Positions 35,693 to 48,794 of a stretch of 64,000 bases of DNA are shown here, in pieces; position 1 is the first letter of the stretch; every line of letters begins with the position of its first letter. The position numbers and the translations under genes were made by a program. The DNA is taken from positions 2,656,001 through 2,720,000 of the forward strand of contig CAXXUK010000001.1 in assembly GCA_963665125.2 (NCBI GenBank), written 5' to 3'. The DNA comes from an uncultured Desulfarculus sp. GTDB taxonomy: Bacteria; Desulfobacterota; Desulfarculia; Desulfarculales; Desulfarculaceae. The notes below the pieces were generated by a model. The model did not search any database. It was not told where the DNA came from and saw nothing but the letters and a program-made list of their open reading frames with translations.

Positions 35693-37108
35693 CTAGCATT
35701 TCTCCAGGGCGAACTTACCCTGACAGTCTTCCACGGCCACGGGGTAGTTACCGTCGAAGCAGGCCAGGCAGAAGCCCTCCTTGCTGGTGTGGGTGCCTTC
35801 CAGAAGCCCGTCGATGGACAGATAACCCATGGTGTCCAGGCCGATCATGTCGCGGATTTCATCCACCGAATGGTGGGCGGCGATAAGTTCGCCCTTGGTG
35901 GAGAAGTCGATGCCGTAGTGACAGGGGAACCTGTGCGGCGGGCAGGAGACCAGCATATGCACGCTGGCCGCCCCGGCCTGGCGGATGTTGGCCACGCGGG
36001 CCTTGGTGGTGGTGCCCCGGATCACCGAGTCCTCGACGATTACGACACGTTTGCCCTTGATCAGATCCTTGACCGGGTTGAGCTTGACGCGCACGCCGAA
36101 GTCGCGCATGTCCTGGCTGGGCTGGATGAAGGTGCGGCCCACGTAGTGGTTGCGGATCATGCCGAACTCGAAGGGCATGCCGCTGGCCGTGGCATAGCCC
36201 AGGGCGGCGTAGTTGCCGCTGTCGGGGAAAGGCATGATGAAGTCGGCTTCCAGATCCGGATATTCCTTAGCCAGTTGAGCGCCCTGGCACTTGCGCACCT
36301 GGTACACGGTCTGCTGGAAGATCTGCGAATCGGGCCGGGCGAAATAAATGAACTCGAAGATGCAGTGGGAGTGGCGCTCGGGCGGGAAGGGTTTGAGGCT
36401 TCTGAGCCCGTGTTTGTTGATGAAGATCACTTCACCGGCCTCGACCTCGCGGACGAACTCGGCGTCGATGAGGTCCAGGGCGCAGGTCTCGGAAGCCACC
36501 ACCCAGGCGTCGCCCAGGCGGCCCAGGCACAGGGGCCGGAAGCCCTTGGGGTCCCGGGCGGCCACCAGCGTGTCCTCGGTCATGAACAGGAAGCAGTACG
36601 CGCCGCGCAGGTGTTGCAGGGCCTCCAGCAGGGCGTCTTCAAAGCCCATGTGGATATTGCGGGCCAGCAGGTGCATGACGATCTCGGAGTCCATGCTGGT
36701 CTGGAAGATGGAACCTTCCATCTCCAAGCGGCGGCGCAATTGGGCGGCGTTGACCAGGTTGCCGTTGTGACCCACGCACAGGGTGTGGCCGGCATGGTTG
36801 ATGATGAACGGCTGGGCGTTGTTCAAAACCGAGGAACCGGTGGTCGAATAGCGCACGTGTCCACAAGCGGCGTGTCCCTTCAAGCGGGCCAGGTCGCGCT
36901 CCTTGAACACCTCGGGCACCAGGCCCATGCCCCGCTTTTCGTAGATCAGCCTGCCGTCGGTGCTGACGATGCCCGCTGATTCCTGGCCCCGGTGCTGCAA
37001 GGCGTACAGACCGTAATAGGTCAGACGTGGGGCGTCGTCATGGCCGAAAACGCCGAAAACGCCGCAATAATCTTTGGCCTTGGGCCGCAAATCCATCTTA
37101 GGGCACAT
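35693..37108 (-). CDS. purF: Amidophosphoribosyltransferase (propeptide, Fe-S type)
   Basis: CGVFG nucleophile, LQHRGQESAG, GHVRYST, EDSVIRGTT, YGID and CLAC motifs. Confidence 0.97.
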   Translation of the reverse strand: MCPKMDLRPKAKDYCGVFGVFGHDDAPRLTYYGLYALQHRGQESAGIVSTDGRLIYEKRGMGLVPEVFKERDLARLKGHAACGHVRYSTTGSSVLNNAQPFIINHAGHTLCVGHNGNLVNAAQLRRRLEMEGSIFQTSMDSEIVMHLLARNIHMGFEDALLEALQHLRGAYCFLFMTEDTLVAARDPKGFRPLCLGRLGDAWVVASETCALDLIDAEFVREVEAGEVIFINKHGLRSLKPFPPERHSHCIFEFIYFARPDSQIFQQTVYQVRKCQGAQLAKEYPDLEADFIMPFPDSGNYAALGYATASGMPFEFGMIRNHYVGRTFIQPSQDMRDFGVRVKLNPVKDLIKGKRVVIVEDSVIRGTTTKARVANIRQAGAASVHMLVSCPPHRFPCHYGIDFSTKGELIAAHHSVDEIRDMIGLDTMGYLSIDGLLEGTHTSKEGFCLACFDGNYPVAVEDCQGKFALEKC

Positions 37109-37205
37109 TGGAGCTATCCTCGTTGTATTTGGGGGCCGTGAATCAATTAAGCACCGCCCAAGCCGTAACTATATGCCACATGGCCTTTGTTTGCCAACCA
37201 CAGGG

Positions 37206-40445
<3,240 letters not shown>

Positions 40446-40499
40446 TTGCCTATTTGCTCTCAGTAATAAAAAACGGGCCTTGTTAGCCCGCCTAATGCT

Positions 40500-41681
40500 C
40501 TATTGCGCGGCCCCGGTGGCTATTCCCAGGGGCTTTCTGGTCCTCATCATCTCCTCGAACCGGTCGAAGAGGTAATCGGCGTCATGCGGACCGGGGCTGG
40601 CCTCCGGGTGGTACTGCACGCAGAACAGCGGCAGCTTGCGGTGGGCCAGTCCTTCCAGGGTCCGGTCGTTGAGGTTCAAGTGGGTCATCATGATATCGGC
40701 GCCGGTCAGGGTGTCGCTGTCGACGCAAAAGCCGTGGTTCTGGCTGGTGATCTCCACCTTGGTGGTGGCGATGTCCATCACCGGCTGGTTGGCTCCCCGA
40801 TGCCCGAACTTCAGTTTGAAGGTCTTGCCGCCCAGGGCCTGGCCGATCATCTGGTGGCCCAGGCAGATGCCGAATGTTGGAACCAGGCCCATGAGCTTTT
40901 TCATGGTCTCGACCACGTAGGTCACCGCCGACGGGTCGCCGGGGCCGTTGCTCATGAACAGGCCGTCGGGGTTCAGGCGCTGGATCGTCTCGGGCGGTGT
41001 GTTGGCCGGCAACACGACCAGGTTGCAGCCGCGCTGCTCCAGGCGGCGCAGGATGTTGTATTTGATGCCGCAATCCAGGGCGGCCACCCTGAATTGGCCC
41101 TGGCCCATGGCCCAGATTGCCTCGGCGTCGAAATCGCCCTCCAGGTCGAGTTCCCCGGCGGGCTTGCCGTCGGCCCAGCGGTAGGCCTTTTCACAGGTCA
41201 CGTTCTTGACCAGGTCGATGCCCACCAAACCGGGGCTGTCCTTGGCCTTTTGCACCAGGCTTTGCGGGTCCAGATCCTCGGTGCTCAATACGCCCTTCAT
41301 GGCCCCCCGCATGCGCAGATGCCGGGTCAGGGCGCGCGTGTCCAGGCCCTCCACGCCCAGCACTCCGGCCTCTTCCAGGTATTGTTTGAGGCTCATGGTC
41401 GAGCGGAAATTGCTGGGGAAATCGATGTATTCCTTGACCAGAAAGGCGGAGACCTGCACGGCCGCGCTCTCGACGTCCTCGGGGTTTACTCCATAGTTGC
41501 CGATGAGCGGATAGGTCATGGTGACCATCTGGCCATGATAGGAAGGATCGGTGAGCACTTCCTGGTAGCCGGTCATGGCCGTGTTGAAACAGACCTCGGC
41601 CGCCACCTCGCCGCTGCCGGCAAAGGCGCGGCAGGGGAAGGTCGTGCCGTCCTCCAGAGCCAGTAGAGCCTTTTTCGCCAT
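40500..41681 (-). CDS. carA: Carbamoyl-phosphate synthase small subunit
   Basis: Start MAKKALLALEDG at 41681 (TAATG overlap). SNGPGDP, GICLGHQ and QYHPEASPGPHD motifs. Confidence 0.97.
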   Translation of the reverse strand: MAKKALLALEDGTTFPCRAFAGSGEVAAEVCFNTAMTGYQEVLTDPSYHGQMVTMTYPLIGNYGVNPEDVESAAVQVSAFLVKEYIDFPSNFRSTMSLKQYLEEAGVLGVEGLDTRALTRHLRMRGAMKGVLSTEDLDPQSLVQKAKDSPGLVGIDLVKNVTCEKAYRWADGKPAGELDLEGDFDAEAIWAMGQGQFRVAALDCGIKYNILRRLEQRGCNLVVLPANTPPETIQRLNPDGLFMSNGPGDPSAVTYVVETMKKLMGLVPTFGICLGHQMIGQALGGKTFKLKFGHRGANQPVMDIATTKVEITSQNHGFCVDSDTLTGADIMMTHLNLNDRTLEGLAHRKLPLFCVQYHPEASPGPHDADYLFDRFEEMMRTRKPLGIATGAAQ

Positions 41682-42898
41682 TAGACACCCTTCAGCCCCT
41701 GCACCACCGACGAGGGGTCCAGAGGCCGTACGTTTTGGACAATAAATTCGCGCACCGCCTCGCCCGGCGGCGTGCCTTGTTTGTAACACACAAAGTCGAG
41801 TTTGACACCAAGCTTGGCCGCAACTTTTGTGGCCAACAGCGGCCAAACCACGCCCAAATCACCGATTATCGGCAACGAGCCGGGCAAACGGGCAAATCCG
41901 CTCATCTCCATGCGGAAGGGCAGATCGAACCCAGCGGCCTTGGGCAGGCCCTTGTCGATGGCCACGGCCACGGCCCCGCCTTGGCGCTCAAGCCGCCAGG
42001 CCCGTTCCAGGGTCGGGTCCAGGTCGATGCGCACCACCCGCTTTTGCTCCAGGGAGAATGTCTTCAGGCCCTCGTAGCGGGCCCACAGGCCATGGCCGGT
42101 GAACAGTTCGAAGGGCCCGTCGTGGATCTCCTGGGCCAGGGCCAAGCCGCTTTCTATTATTATATCGGACTGCGCAAGGGCCTGGGCCACCAGGGCCGAA
42201 CGGCGGCTGATGGGCACGCTGTCGCCCACGGCCAGGCCCACTTGGCCGCCGCCCACGAGCTGGGGCACCGTCACCAGACAGGGCGCGCCCCGCTTGGCGC
42301 AGGCGCCGAGCATGGTCAATTCGTCGCAGCCCAGGCCGGCCACGGCCTCCAGGGGCAGACCCGCGCCCTTGGCCATGCCCAGCAGCCGCCGGGCCTCGCT
42401 CTCCACCCACATGCCGGTGGGATAGGCCAGGTTGCCGGCGACCTTGATTATTTCATTGCCCGGCGCGGAAAGCAGCCGCCTGAGCAGGTCCAGGTCCAGG
42501 TGCACCCGCCGGGCCATTTCCTCGATCACCGCCGCGCCGGCCAGGGAGACCTCCACCTTGCCGTTATGGGGCAGCACATCCGGGGGCAGGCCGATCATGG
42601 CCCCGTCCACCCGGCGCACCCGCTCCAGGCTTCCGGCCATCTCGTGGCCCACCACGGCGCTGGAGGTGAGCACCCCGTCCACCAGGCCCAGGCGCACCAG
42701 TTCGGCCACCATGCAGGTGGCTCCCTCGTGGAGATTGGGCCCGCTGCCCGTGGCCACCAGCACGTTGCCGCCACGGGCCTTGACCTGGGCCCAGGCCTCT
42801 GCCGCCTCCTCGATGGCCGACAATGCCTCGCCGCCCAGCCGCTGTTCCAGTTTGGCCAGCATCTCGGGCTCTATGTGGGGAGGCCGGGGTTTGTCCAC
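41681..42898 (-). CDS. Hypothetical protein with a deoxyhypusine-synthase-like fold
   Basis: VLVATGSGPNLHEG...ELVRLGLVDGVLTSSAVVGHE resembles the DHS N-terminal strand-helix-strand pattern. C-terminal IIGDLGVVWPLL. Confidence 0.6.
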   Translation of the reverse strand: MDKPRPPHIEPEMLAKLEQRLGGEALSAIEEAAEAWAQVKARGGNVLVATGSGPNLHEGATCMVAELVRLGLVDGVLTSSAVVGHEMAGSLERVRRVDGAMIGLPPDVLPHNGKVEVSLAGAAVIEEMARRVHLDLDLLRRLLSAPGNEIIKVAGNLAYPTGMWVESEARRLLGMAKGAGLPLEAVAGLGCDELTMLGACAKRGAPCLVTVPQLVGGGQVGLAVGDSVPISRRSALVAQALAQSDIIIESGLALAQEIHDGPFELFTGHGLWARYEGLKTFSLEQKRVVRIDLDPTLERAWRLERQGGAVAVAIDKGLPKAAGFDLPFRMEMSGFARLPGSLPIIGDLGVVWPLLATKVAAKLGVKLDFVCYKQGTPPGEAVREFIVQNVRPLDPSSVVQGLKGV

Positions 42899-44199
42899 TA
42901 AAGCACTCCCTTGCGGTCAAGGTGCTCCATTATCAATTCAGCGGCGTTTTTGGCCGCGCCGGACCAGCCCGCGACAACCTCGCGGCCAGCCCGTCCGGCC
43001 TGGGAAGCCCGCCGGGGTTCATCCAAACAATTTTGCCAGAAATCAGCCAACTCCGCCGCACCGGCCACGGTATGGCCGCCGCCCGCCTGTTCCAGGGCCG
43101 TCCGGGCGTCGGCAAAGTCATCCATGTCCGGACCATAGGCCACGGGCCGGGCCCAGGCCGCCGGTTCCATGGGGTTCTGGCCGCCAAGAGGCACCAAGCT
43201 GGCCCCCACGAAAACGGCTTCGGCCAGACCGTACAGGGCCATCAGCGCGCCCATTGTGTCGATGACCACCACGGCGCAATCACGGGGCCTTGGATTGTCT
43301 TCGCCCAGGCCGGACCAGGCGCATACGCTCAACCCCGCCCGCCGGGCAGCCTCCAGCCACTGGGGGGCCCGTTCCACATGCCGGGGGGCCACGGCCAGTA
43401 CGGCGTTTGCATGGCTTTTGCGCACCCTGGCGAAGGCCCCAATAACGGCGTCTTCCTCGCCCGTGCGCACGCTGCCGGCCACCAACAGCGGCGCGCCTCG
43501 CAGATTCAATACGGCCTTGGGTCCGGGCAAAATTTCCGTACGGGCCTTATCCAATAATCCGGCATATTTGGCATTACCGTCAACCGTTACCCGTCCCGGC
43601 TGGGCTCCCAGGCCGCAGACCCGCCGGGCGTCTTCGGAGGTGATCATGCTCAGGCGGCGGTAATGGCCCAGAGCCGGAGCCATGAGCCAGCGCATGCGGC
43701 GGTAGCCGGGGTAGGAACGGGGGCTGATGCGGCCGTTGAGCATCAGGCAGGCCGCGCCCCGCCGGTCCAGCAGTGCCAGCAGGTTGGGCCAGATCTCGGT
43801 TTCCAAGGAAGCGAAGACATGGGGCCGGATCGCCCCGGCGGCCCCGGCCACGGACCAGGGCAGATCCAGGGGAAAGGCCATGACCCCGGCCCGGCCGCCG
43901 AAGACCTCATGGGCCCGCTCCAGGCCTTTGGCCGTGGAGGTGCTGACGGTCAGATTGACATGGGGAGCCATGGACCAAAGATGGTTGGCAATGGCCTCGG
44001 CCACGGCCACCTCGCCCACGCTGACGGCCTGCAACCAGACTCTGGGGCCTTCGGGGGCCGAAGGCATGCCGCCGTACAGGCCCAGGCGGGGCCAGACATC
44101 GCCCCAGCTCCCGGCCAGGCGCGAGCCAAACCACAACGCGGGCAGGGCCAGACAGCCCGCGCCCAACGCGGCATTGTAAATTATAAGTGATCGATCCAT
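42898..44199 (-). CDS. waaA: 3-deoxy-D-manno-octulosonic acid (Kdo) transferase
   Basis: WLQAVSVGE, PLDL, ETEIWPN, NGRIS, GNAKY, APRH, DTMG and GGQNPMEPA motifs. Confidence 0.95.
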   Translation of the reverse strand: MDRSLIIYNAALGAGCLALPALWFGSRLAGSWGDVWPRLGLYGGMPSAPEGPRVWLQAVSVGEVAVAEAIANHLWSMAPHVNLTVSTSTAKGLERAHEVFGGRAGVMAFPLDLPWSVAGAAGAIRPHVFASLETEIWPNLLALLDRRGAACLMLNGRISPRSYPGYRRMRWLMAPALGHYRRLSMITSEDARRVCGLGAQPGRVTVDGNAKYAGLLDKARTEILPGPKAVLNLRGAPLLVAGSVRTGEEDAVIGAFARVRKSHANAVLAVAPRHVERAPQWLEAARRAGLSVCAWSGLGEDNPRPRDCAVVVIDTMGALMALYGLAEAVFVGASLVPLGGQNPMEPAAWARPVAYGPDMDDFADARTALEQAGGGHTVAGAAELADFWQNCLDEPRRASQAGRAGREVVAGWSGAAKNAAELIMEHLDRKGVL

Positions 44200-44282
44200 G
44201 AGTGCAGCCACCGGCCAATGGTTCGCCCTGTTATAACCGTGAGTTGGGCGGGCGTCAAGCGGCCAGCGGCAAAGGCCGGAAA

Positions 44283-44999
44283 TTACCTCGGTTGGTTATC
44301 TTTTAAGCTCCTGATTTCGGCGGTCACGGCCGTGACGGCGAATTTGCGGAACAGGTGATAGAAATAGATACCCAGGACCTCCAGGGCCTCGACACCCCTT
44401 TCATAAAATTCGTCCTCGCCGAGTTCTTCATAATATGTCCGGGAAAAGGCCGCGGTTATATCTCCGACAGCATCCCGGAGATGCTCGGCGGCCTGGCGCA
44501 GGGGCTCCGGCGGGAAGCCGTCGCCCGGCCCCAGGCCCAGCCTGTCCATCTCCACCAGCAACTTGGCCAGGTTCATGTCCATGGCGCTGTAGACTTTGGC
44601 CCCGTCCTTTAGCCTGGGCGTCAGCAGGCCCCATTCCTCAAACCGGGCCAAACAGGCGGGGTTCATGCCGGTAAGCCCGCAGAACTCTTCCTCGCCGTTG
44701 ATTTCCCGGGGCAGCAGTTGCAGCGCGGGCGTGAAATATTCGCTTTGCAGCCTGAAGATGGCCTTGTCCTGCTTGGATATTTTTTTCTGGCGGGTGACGA
44801 TGCGCTTGATCACCGAAATCGGCAGATAGTGCTGTTCCTGGAGTTGCCTGATCTGGCGGATCAACTCCACATAGCTCTCGTCGTATTCGGCCAGGCGTTT
44901 GCCGCGCATGGGCGGCCTGGGCAGCAGGCCCTCCCGCAGATAATACTGGATCGTCTCCTTGGGCACGGCGGCCGTTTTTGCCAGTTCTGCGAGTTTCAA
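44283..44999 (-). CDS. MerR family transcriptional regulator
   Basis: MKLAELAK..VPKETIQYYLREGLLP..Y MerR HTH, plus a second wHTH-like segment. Confidence 0.88.
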   Translation of the reverse strand: MKLAELAKTAAVPKETIQYYLREGLLPRPPMRGKRLAEYDESYVELIRQIRQLQEQHYLPISVIKRIVTRQKKISKQDKAIFRLQSEYFTPALQLLPREINGEEEFCGLTGMNPACLARFEEWGLLTPRLKDGAKVYSAMDMNLAKLLVEMDRLGLGPGDGFPPEPLRQAAEHLRDAVGDITAAFSRTYYEELGEDEFYERGVEALEVLGIYFYHLFRKFAVTAVTAEIRSLKDNQPR

Positions 45000-45040
45000 T
45001 CATATCTCCATTAATTATTTTTAATAGTTAATTACATAGT

Positions 45041-45094
45041 ATTGCGCAATTGTCAATTTATATATTGACATGAAAAACAGTGTTCGGCTAGGCT
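45041..45094. promoter_or_regulatory. Divergent promoter region with back-to-back TTGACA boxes
   Basis: TGTCAAT-N6-ATTGACA (45051-45070), adjacent ATTGCGCAAT palindrome (45041-45050) and plus-strand TTGACA-N18-TAGGCT. Confidence 0.6.
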
Positions 45095-45141
45095 CGTCCA
45101 AGCCCCCATAGCCCAACGGCCTGATTGCAAGGCAAAGAATT

Positions 45142-46461
45142 ATGAAAAAACAAAACCGGCAATTCCAGGTAGGCGGCCCCCGCGCAAGATTCGTTCTGCT
45201 GGTGTGTTCGTCGCTGATGATGGTCAACTACATGGACCGGCAGGTCATGGCCGTGGTGCTCGAACCCATGAAAAGAGACCTGGGGTTCAGCGACGCCCAG
45301 GCCGGCTGGCTCAATACGGCGTTTTTGCTGAGCGTAGCCCTGTTTTCCATGCCCGTTTCGCGCATCGTTGACCGCTGGAGCCGCAGCAAGACCCTCTCGG
45401 CCATGGCCATGGCCTGGGGCTTATGCACAATGCTCACCGGCATGGGCCAGGGATTCATCACCGTGCTGTTGGCCCGTCTGGGCGTTGGCCTGGGCGAGGC
45501 CGGCTTCTCCCCGGCCAGCGCGGCCCTGATCTCGGCGTCCTTCCCGGAACACCGGCGGGCCAGAAACCTTGGCATCTACACCATGTTCATCACCGTGGGC
45601 ATAGCCCTGGGCATGTTTCTGGGCGGCTGGCTCTCGGCCAACTTCGGCGGCTGGCGCACGCCGTTTTTCGTCTTTGCCATACCCGGTTTCCTGCTGGGCG
45701 CGGCGGCCCTGTTCCTTCAGGATTACCAGACTCCGGCGGCCAAGACCGACGGCAGCGACAGGCTGCTGCCCAATATCGCCAAACTGTTCAAGACCCCGAC
45801 ATTGGCCTGGCTCTACCTCGGCTGGAGCATGAACATAGTCCAGGTCTTCACCATGATCATCTGGGGCCCGGCCCTGATCATGAGGTCCTTCGGGGTGCAG
45901 GAAGACGTCGCCGGGGCCGTCATGGGCGGGTTCGGGGCCTTGTCCCTGATCGGAGCCCCCCTGGGCGGCATCCTGGCCGACGCGGTTCAGCGCAAAAGAC
46001 CGGACGGCAGACCGTTTTTCGCCGGCATGTGCCAGATATGCTCGGCCCTGTTTTCCATGGTAGGGCTTACTTTCGCCTTGCAGATGGAGAACATGTTTCT
46101 CTTTGGGCTTGGCTGTACGGCCGCCATTATAAGCGGACTGTCGGCGGCCGCCGTGACTCCGTCGATGTATGCCGTCACCCAGGACGCCGCGCCGCTCAAG
46201 CTCAAGGGCCTGTCCATGGGTTTGGGTCTGTTGGGCATGTACCTGTTCGGCGGAGGCTGGGCTCCGGCCCTGGTGGGGGAGGTGTCGGATTATCTCGGCG
46301 GCGGCAGGCAGGGCCTGCTCTACGCCATGTACATCGCCATGTCGGCCGGTTTTCTGAGCGCCGGCTGCCTTTGGATGTGCGCCCGCAATTATGCGGCCGA
46401 CTGCCGAAAAGCCAACCTCGAGGACAACGAGGATGCCGCCGCCATAGCCGTCAGCGCTTGA
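45142..46461 (+). CDS. MFS transporter (spinster-like)
   Basis: NYMDRQ, DRWSR, ARLGVGLGEA and GWR.PF motifs with about 12 TM helices. Confidence 0.92.
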   Translation: MKKQNRQFQVGGPRARFVLLVCSSLMMVNYMDRQVMAVVLEPMKRDLGFSDAQAGWLNTAFLLSVALFSMPVSRIVDRWSRSKTLSAMAMAWGLCTMLTGMGQGFITVLLARLGVGLGEAGFSPASAALISASFPEHRRARNLGIYTMFITVGIALGMFLGGWLSANFGGWRTPFFVFAIPGFLLGAAALFLQDYQTPAAKTDGSDRLLPNIAKLFKTPTLAWLYLGWSMNIVQVFTMIIWGPALIMRSFGVQEDVAGAVMGGFGALSLIGAPLGGILADAVQRKRPDGRPFFAGMCQICSALFSMVGLTFALQMENMFLFGLGCTAAIISGLSAAAVTPSMYAVTQDAAPLKLKGLSMGLGLLGMYLFGGGWAPALVGEVSDYLGGGRQGLLYAMYIAMSAGFLSAGCLWMCARNYAADCRKANLEDNEDAAAIAVSA

Positions 46462-46503
46462 ATTGTGTTTTAATTAATCAAGACACAATTATGAGGCGAC
46501 AAC

Positions 46504-47493
46504 ATGCCGACGGAAAAAATCCTCCTGGTTGACGACGAGATTGAAGTTCTAAACGCCCTTCGCCGGATTCTTCGCGGAAGGGACATCGACACAGCCCTTT
46601 CAGGCCAGCAGGCCCTTGAGATCATGGAACAATCCGGGCCGCATGCCTTGATAATAAGCGATCTAAAGATGCCGGGCATGGACGGCGGCACCCTTTTAGC
46701 CAAGGTTCAGGAACGCTACCCCGACACCGTGCGAATCATGCTCACGGGCACCACCGACATAGTCGACGTCATCGACGTGGTCAACCGGGGCTATGTTTTC
46801 CGTTTCCTAACCAAGCCGGCGACACTGGAACAGGTCGACAACGCCATAACGGACGGCCTGGCCCAACACCGGCGGATCATCGCCGAGCGGGAATTGGCCA
46901 CCGTACAGCAGTTGCGGCAAACCCTTGAAAAGGTCATCGGCGGATTCGTGCGCATCCTGGAAGCACGCGATCCATATACCGCGGGCCATCAAAGGCGCGT
47001 GGCCCAACTCGCCGAGGCAATTGCTGTCAAGCTGGGATACGGGCCGGCGCGGGTCCAACGGATACGTTTGGCCGCCATGATCCATGATTTGGGCAAGGTG
47101 TATGTACCCGCCGAGTTCCTGAACAAGCCCGGCCAGCTCAGCCGCCTGGAAATGGAAATAATCCGTTCCCATCCCACGGTTGCTCATGAAATCCTGGCCC
47201 CGCTGGGATTTGACTGGCCTCTGGCGGAGATGGTCTGCCAGCACCACGAACGCATAGACGGCTCGGGCTACCCCAACGGCCTGAAGGGGGACGAGATCCT
47301 CCCGGAGGCCAAAATAATCGCCGTTGCCGATGTGGTGGAGGCCATCAGCTCGCACCGCCCCTACAGGCCCGCACACACCCTGCGGGAAGCCTTGGACGAA
47401 CTGCGCCATGGGCGGGGCGCCGTCTACGATGCCGATGCCGTGGATTGCTGCCTGAGCTTGTTTGAAGAGGAGAATTGGAGTTTTGACGCCTAG
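46504..47493 (+). CDS. Response regulator with HD-GYP (c-di-GMP phosphodiesterase) domain
   Basis: REC domain (LLVDDE, SDLKMPGMDG, KP) plus IHDLGK, HHERIDGSGYP and RPYR. Confidence 0.93.
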   Translation: MPTEKILLVDDEIEVLNALRRILRGRDIDTALSGQQALEIMEQSGPHALIISDLKMPGMDGGTLLAKVQERYPDTVRIMLTGTTDIVDVIDVVNRGYVFRFLTKPATLEQVDNAITDGLAQHRRIIAERELATVQQLRQTLEKVIGGFVRILEARDPYTAGHQRRVAQLAEAIAVKLGYGPARVQRIRLAAMIHDLGKVYVPAEFLNKPGQLSRLEMEIIRSHPTVAHEILAPLGFDWPLAEMVCQHHERIDGSGYPNGLKGDEILPEAKIIAVADVVEAISSHRPYRPAHTLREALDELRHGRGAVYDADAVDCCLSLFEEENWSFDA

Positions 47494-47508
47494 CCCAACA
47501 AGGACGTA

Positions 47509-47547
47509 TAAAACGGCCCCGGCCAGCGTGGGACGATGACCGGGGCC
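47509..47547 (-). terminator. Intrinsic terminator of the beta-oxidation operon
   Basis: GGCCCCGG/CCGGGGCC stem followed by GTTTTA on the minus strand. Confidence 0.55.
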
Positions 47548-47582
47548 TGCACTGCTGCCCAGCAGCGGGAGATTACCGTTTA

Positions 47583-48725
47583 TTACAGGCCCATGAACTT
47601 GGCCACGATGCCCTTCATGATCTCGTTGGTGCCCGCGAAAATACGCATAACCCGCGTGTCGCGCCAGGCCCTGGAGATGGGGTACTCATCGCAGTAGCCA
47701 TAACCGCCGTGCAGTTGCAGGCCGCGGTCGGCCACCCGGCAGGCCATGTCGGTGGTCCAGTACTTGAGCATGGACACTTCGGTGACGATGTTCTTGCCCT
47801 CAATGTGGTCGGCGACGCACTTTTCCAGGAAGGTGCGGCCCAACTTGACTTCGGTGGCCATTTCCACGATTTCGAACTGGGTGTTCTGGAATTTGCTGAT
47901 CGGCTTGCCGAAGGCCGTGCGTTCCTTGCAGTAATCTATGGTTATTTTCAGACAGTACTCCGCGGCGGCCACGGCCCCGATTCCGCAAATAAGGCGCTCC
48001 TGCTGAAGTTTTTCCATGAGCATGATAAAGCCCATGCCCTTTTCGCCCAGGCGGTTGGCCACGGGGATGCGGCAGTCGGTAAAGTACAGTTCGGCCGTAT
48101 CCTGGCTGTGCCAACCGGCTTTTTTGATCTTCTTGCCTTTTTCAAAGCCGGGCCGGAAATCTTCCACCACATACAGGCTGATGGCCTTGTAGGGGTCTTC
48201 GACTGACGGGTCCTTTGCCGCCACCACGCATACGCCGCAGTTGATGCCGTTGGAGATGAAGGTCTTCTGGCCGTTGAGGATCACCTCATCGCCGTCTTCA
48301 ACAGCCGTGGTGCGCATGGCCGCCAGGTCCGAACCGGTGTTTGGCTCGGTCATGGCAACGGCGGCAATGGTCTCGCCGGAAATGCAGCCCGGCAGGATGC
48401 GGTGTTTCAATTCCTCACTGCCGTATTTGCTGATATAGGGCACCACCACGTCGGAATGCAGGCCCACGGCCAGGCCGGTGCAGTTGGTGCGGGCCACTTC
48501 CTCGTTGATTATCATCGAATAAAGGAAGTCGGCCCCCAAGCCGCCGTACTCCTCGTCAATATCCATGCACAAAAAGCCCTGCTCGCCCAGGCCGAGCCAA
48601 GCTTCCTTGGGGGTGATACCCGCTTCTTCCCACTCTTCCACATGGGGTGCCACTTCCTGTTCCAGGTATTTGCGCACGGCATCGCGGAAAATGCGATGTT
48701 CTTCGGAATATTGCAATATTTCCAT
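47583..48725 (-). CDS. Acyl-CoA dehydrogenase (LCAD-like)
   Basis: AMTEPNTGSDL, NGQKTFISNG, LQQERL, LQLHGGYGY and RIFAGTNEIMK motifs. Confidence 0.95.
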   Translation of the reverse strand: MEILQYSEEHRIFRDAVRKYLEQEVAPHVEEWEEAGITPKEAWLGLGEQGFLCMDIDEEYGGLGADFLYSMIINEEVARTNCTGLAVGLHSDVVVPYISKYGSEELKHRILPGCISGETIAAVAMTEPNTGSDLAAMRTTAVEDGDEVILNGQKTFISNGINCGVCVVAAKDPSVEDPYKAISLYVVEDFRPGFEKGKKIKKAGWHSQDTAELYFTDCRIPVANRLGEKGMGFIMLMEKLQQERLICGIGAVAAAEYCLKITIDYCKERTAFGKPISKFQNTQFEIVEMATEVKLGRTFLEKCVADHIEGKNIVTEVSMLKYWTTDMACRVADRGLQLHGGYGYCDEYPISRAWRDTRVMRIFAGTNEIMKGIVAKFMGL

Positions 48726-48794
48726 TTGATCCCCTCTTTTATCAAAGGAGCGCGGGGCCTTTTTTCATCGCTGTCCAGGGCCTCGGCATCCTCT

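Noticed and set aside
41682..41846. N-terminal extension of carA in the ORF track
   Set aside because: It overlaps the upstream gene. CarA homology starts at MAKKALLALEDG (41681).
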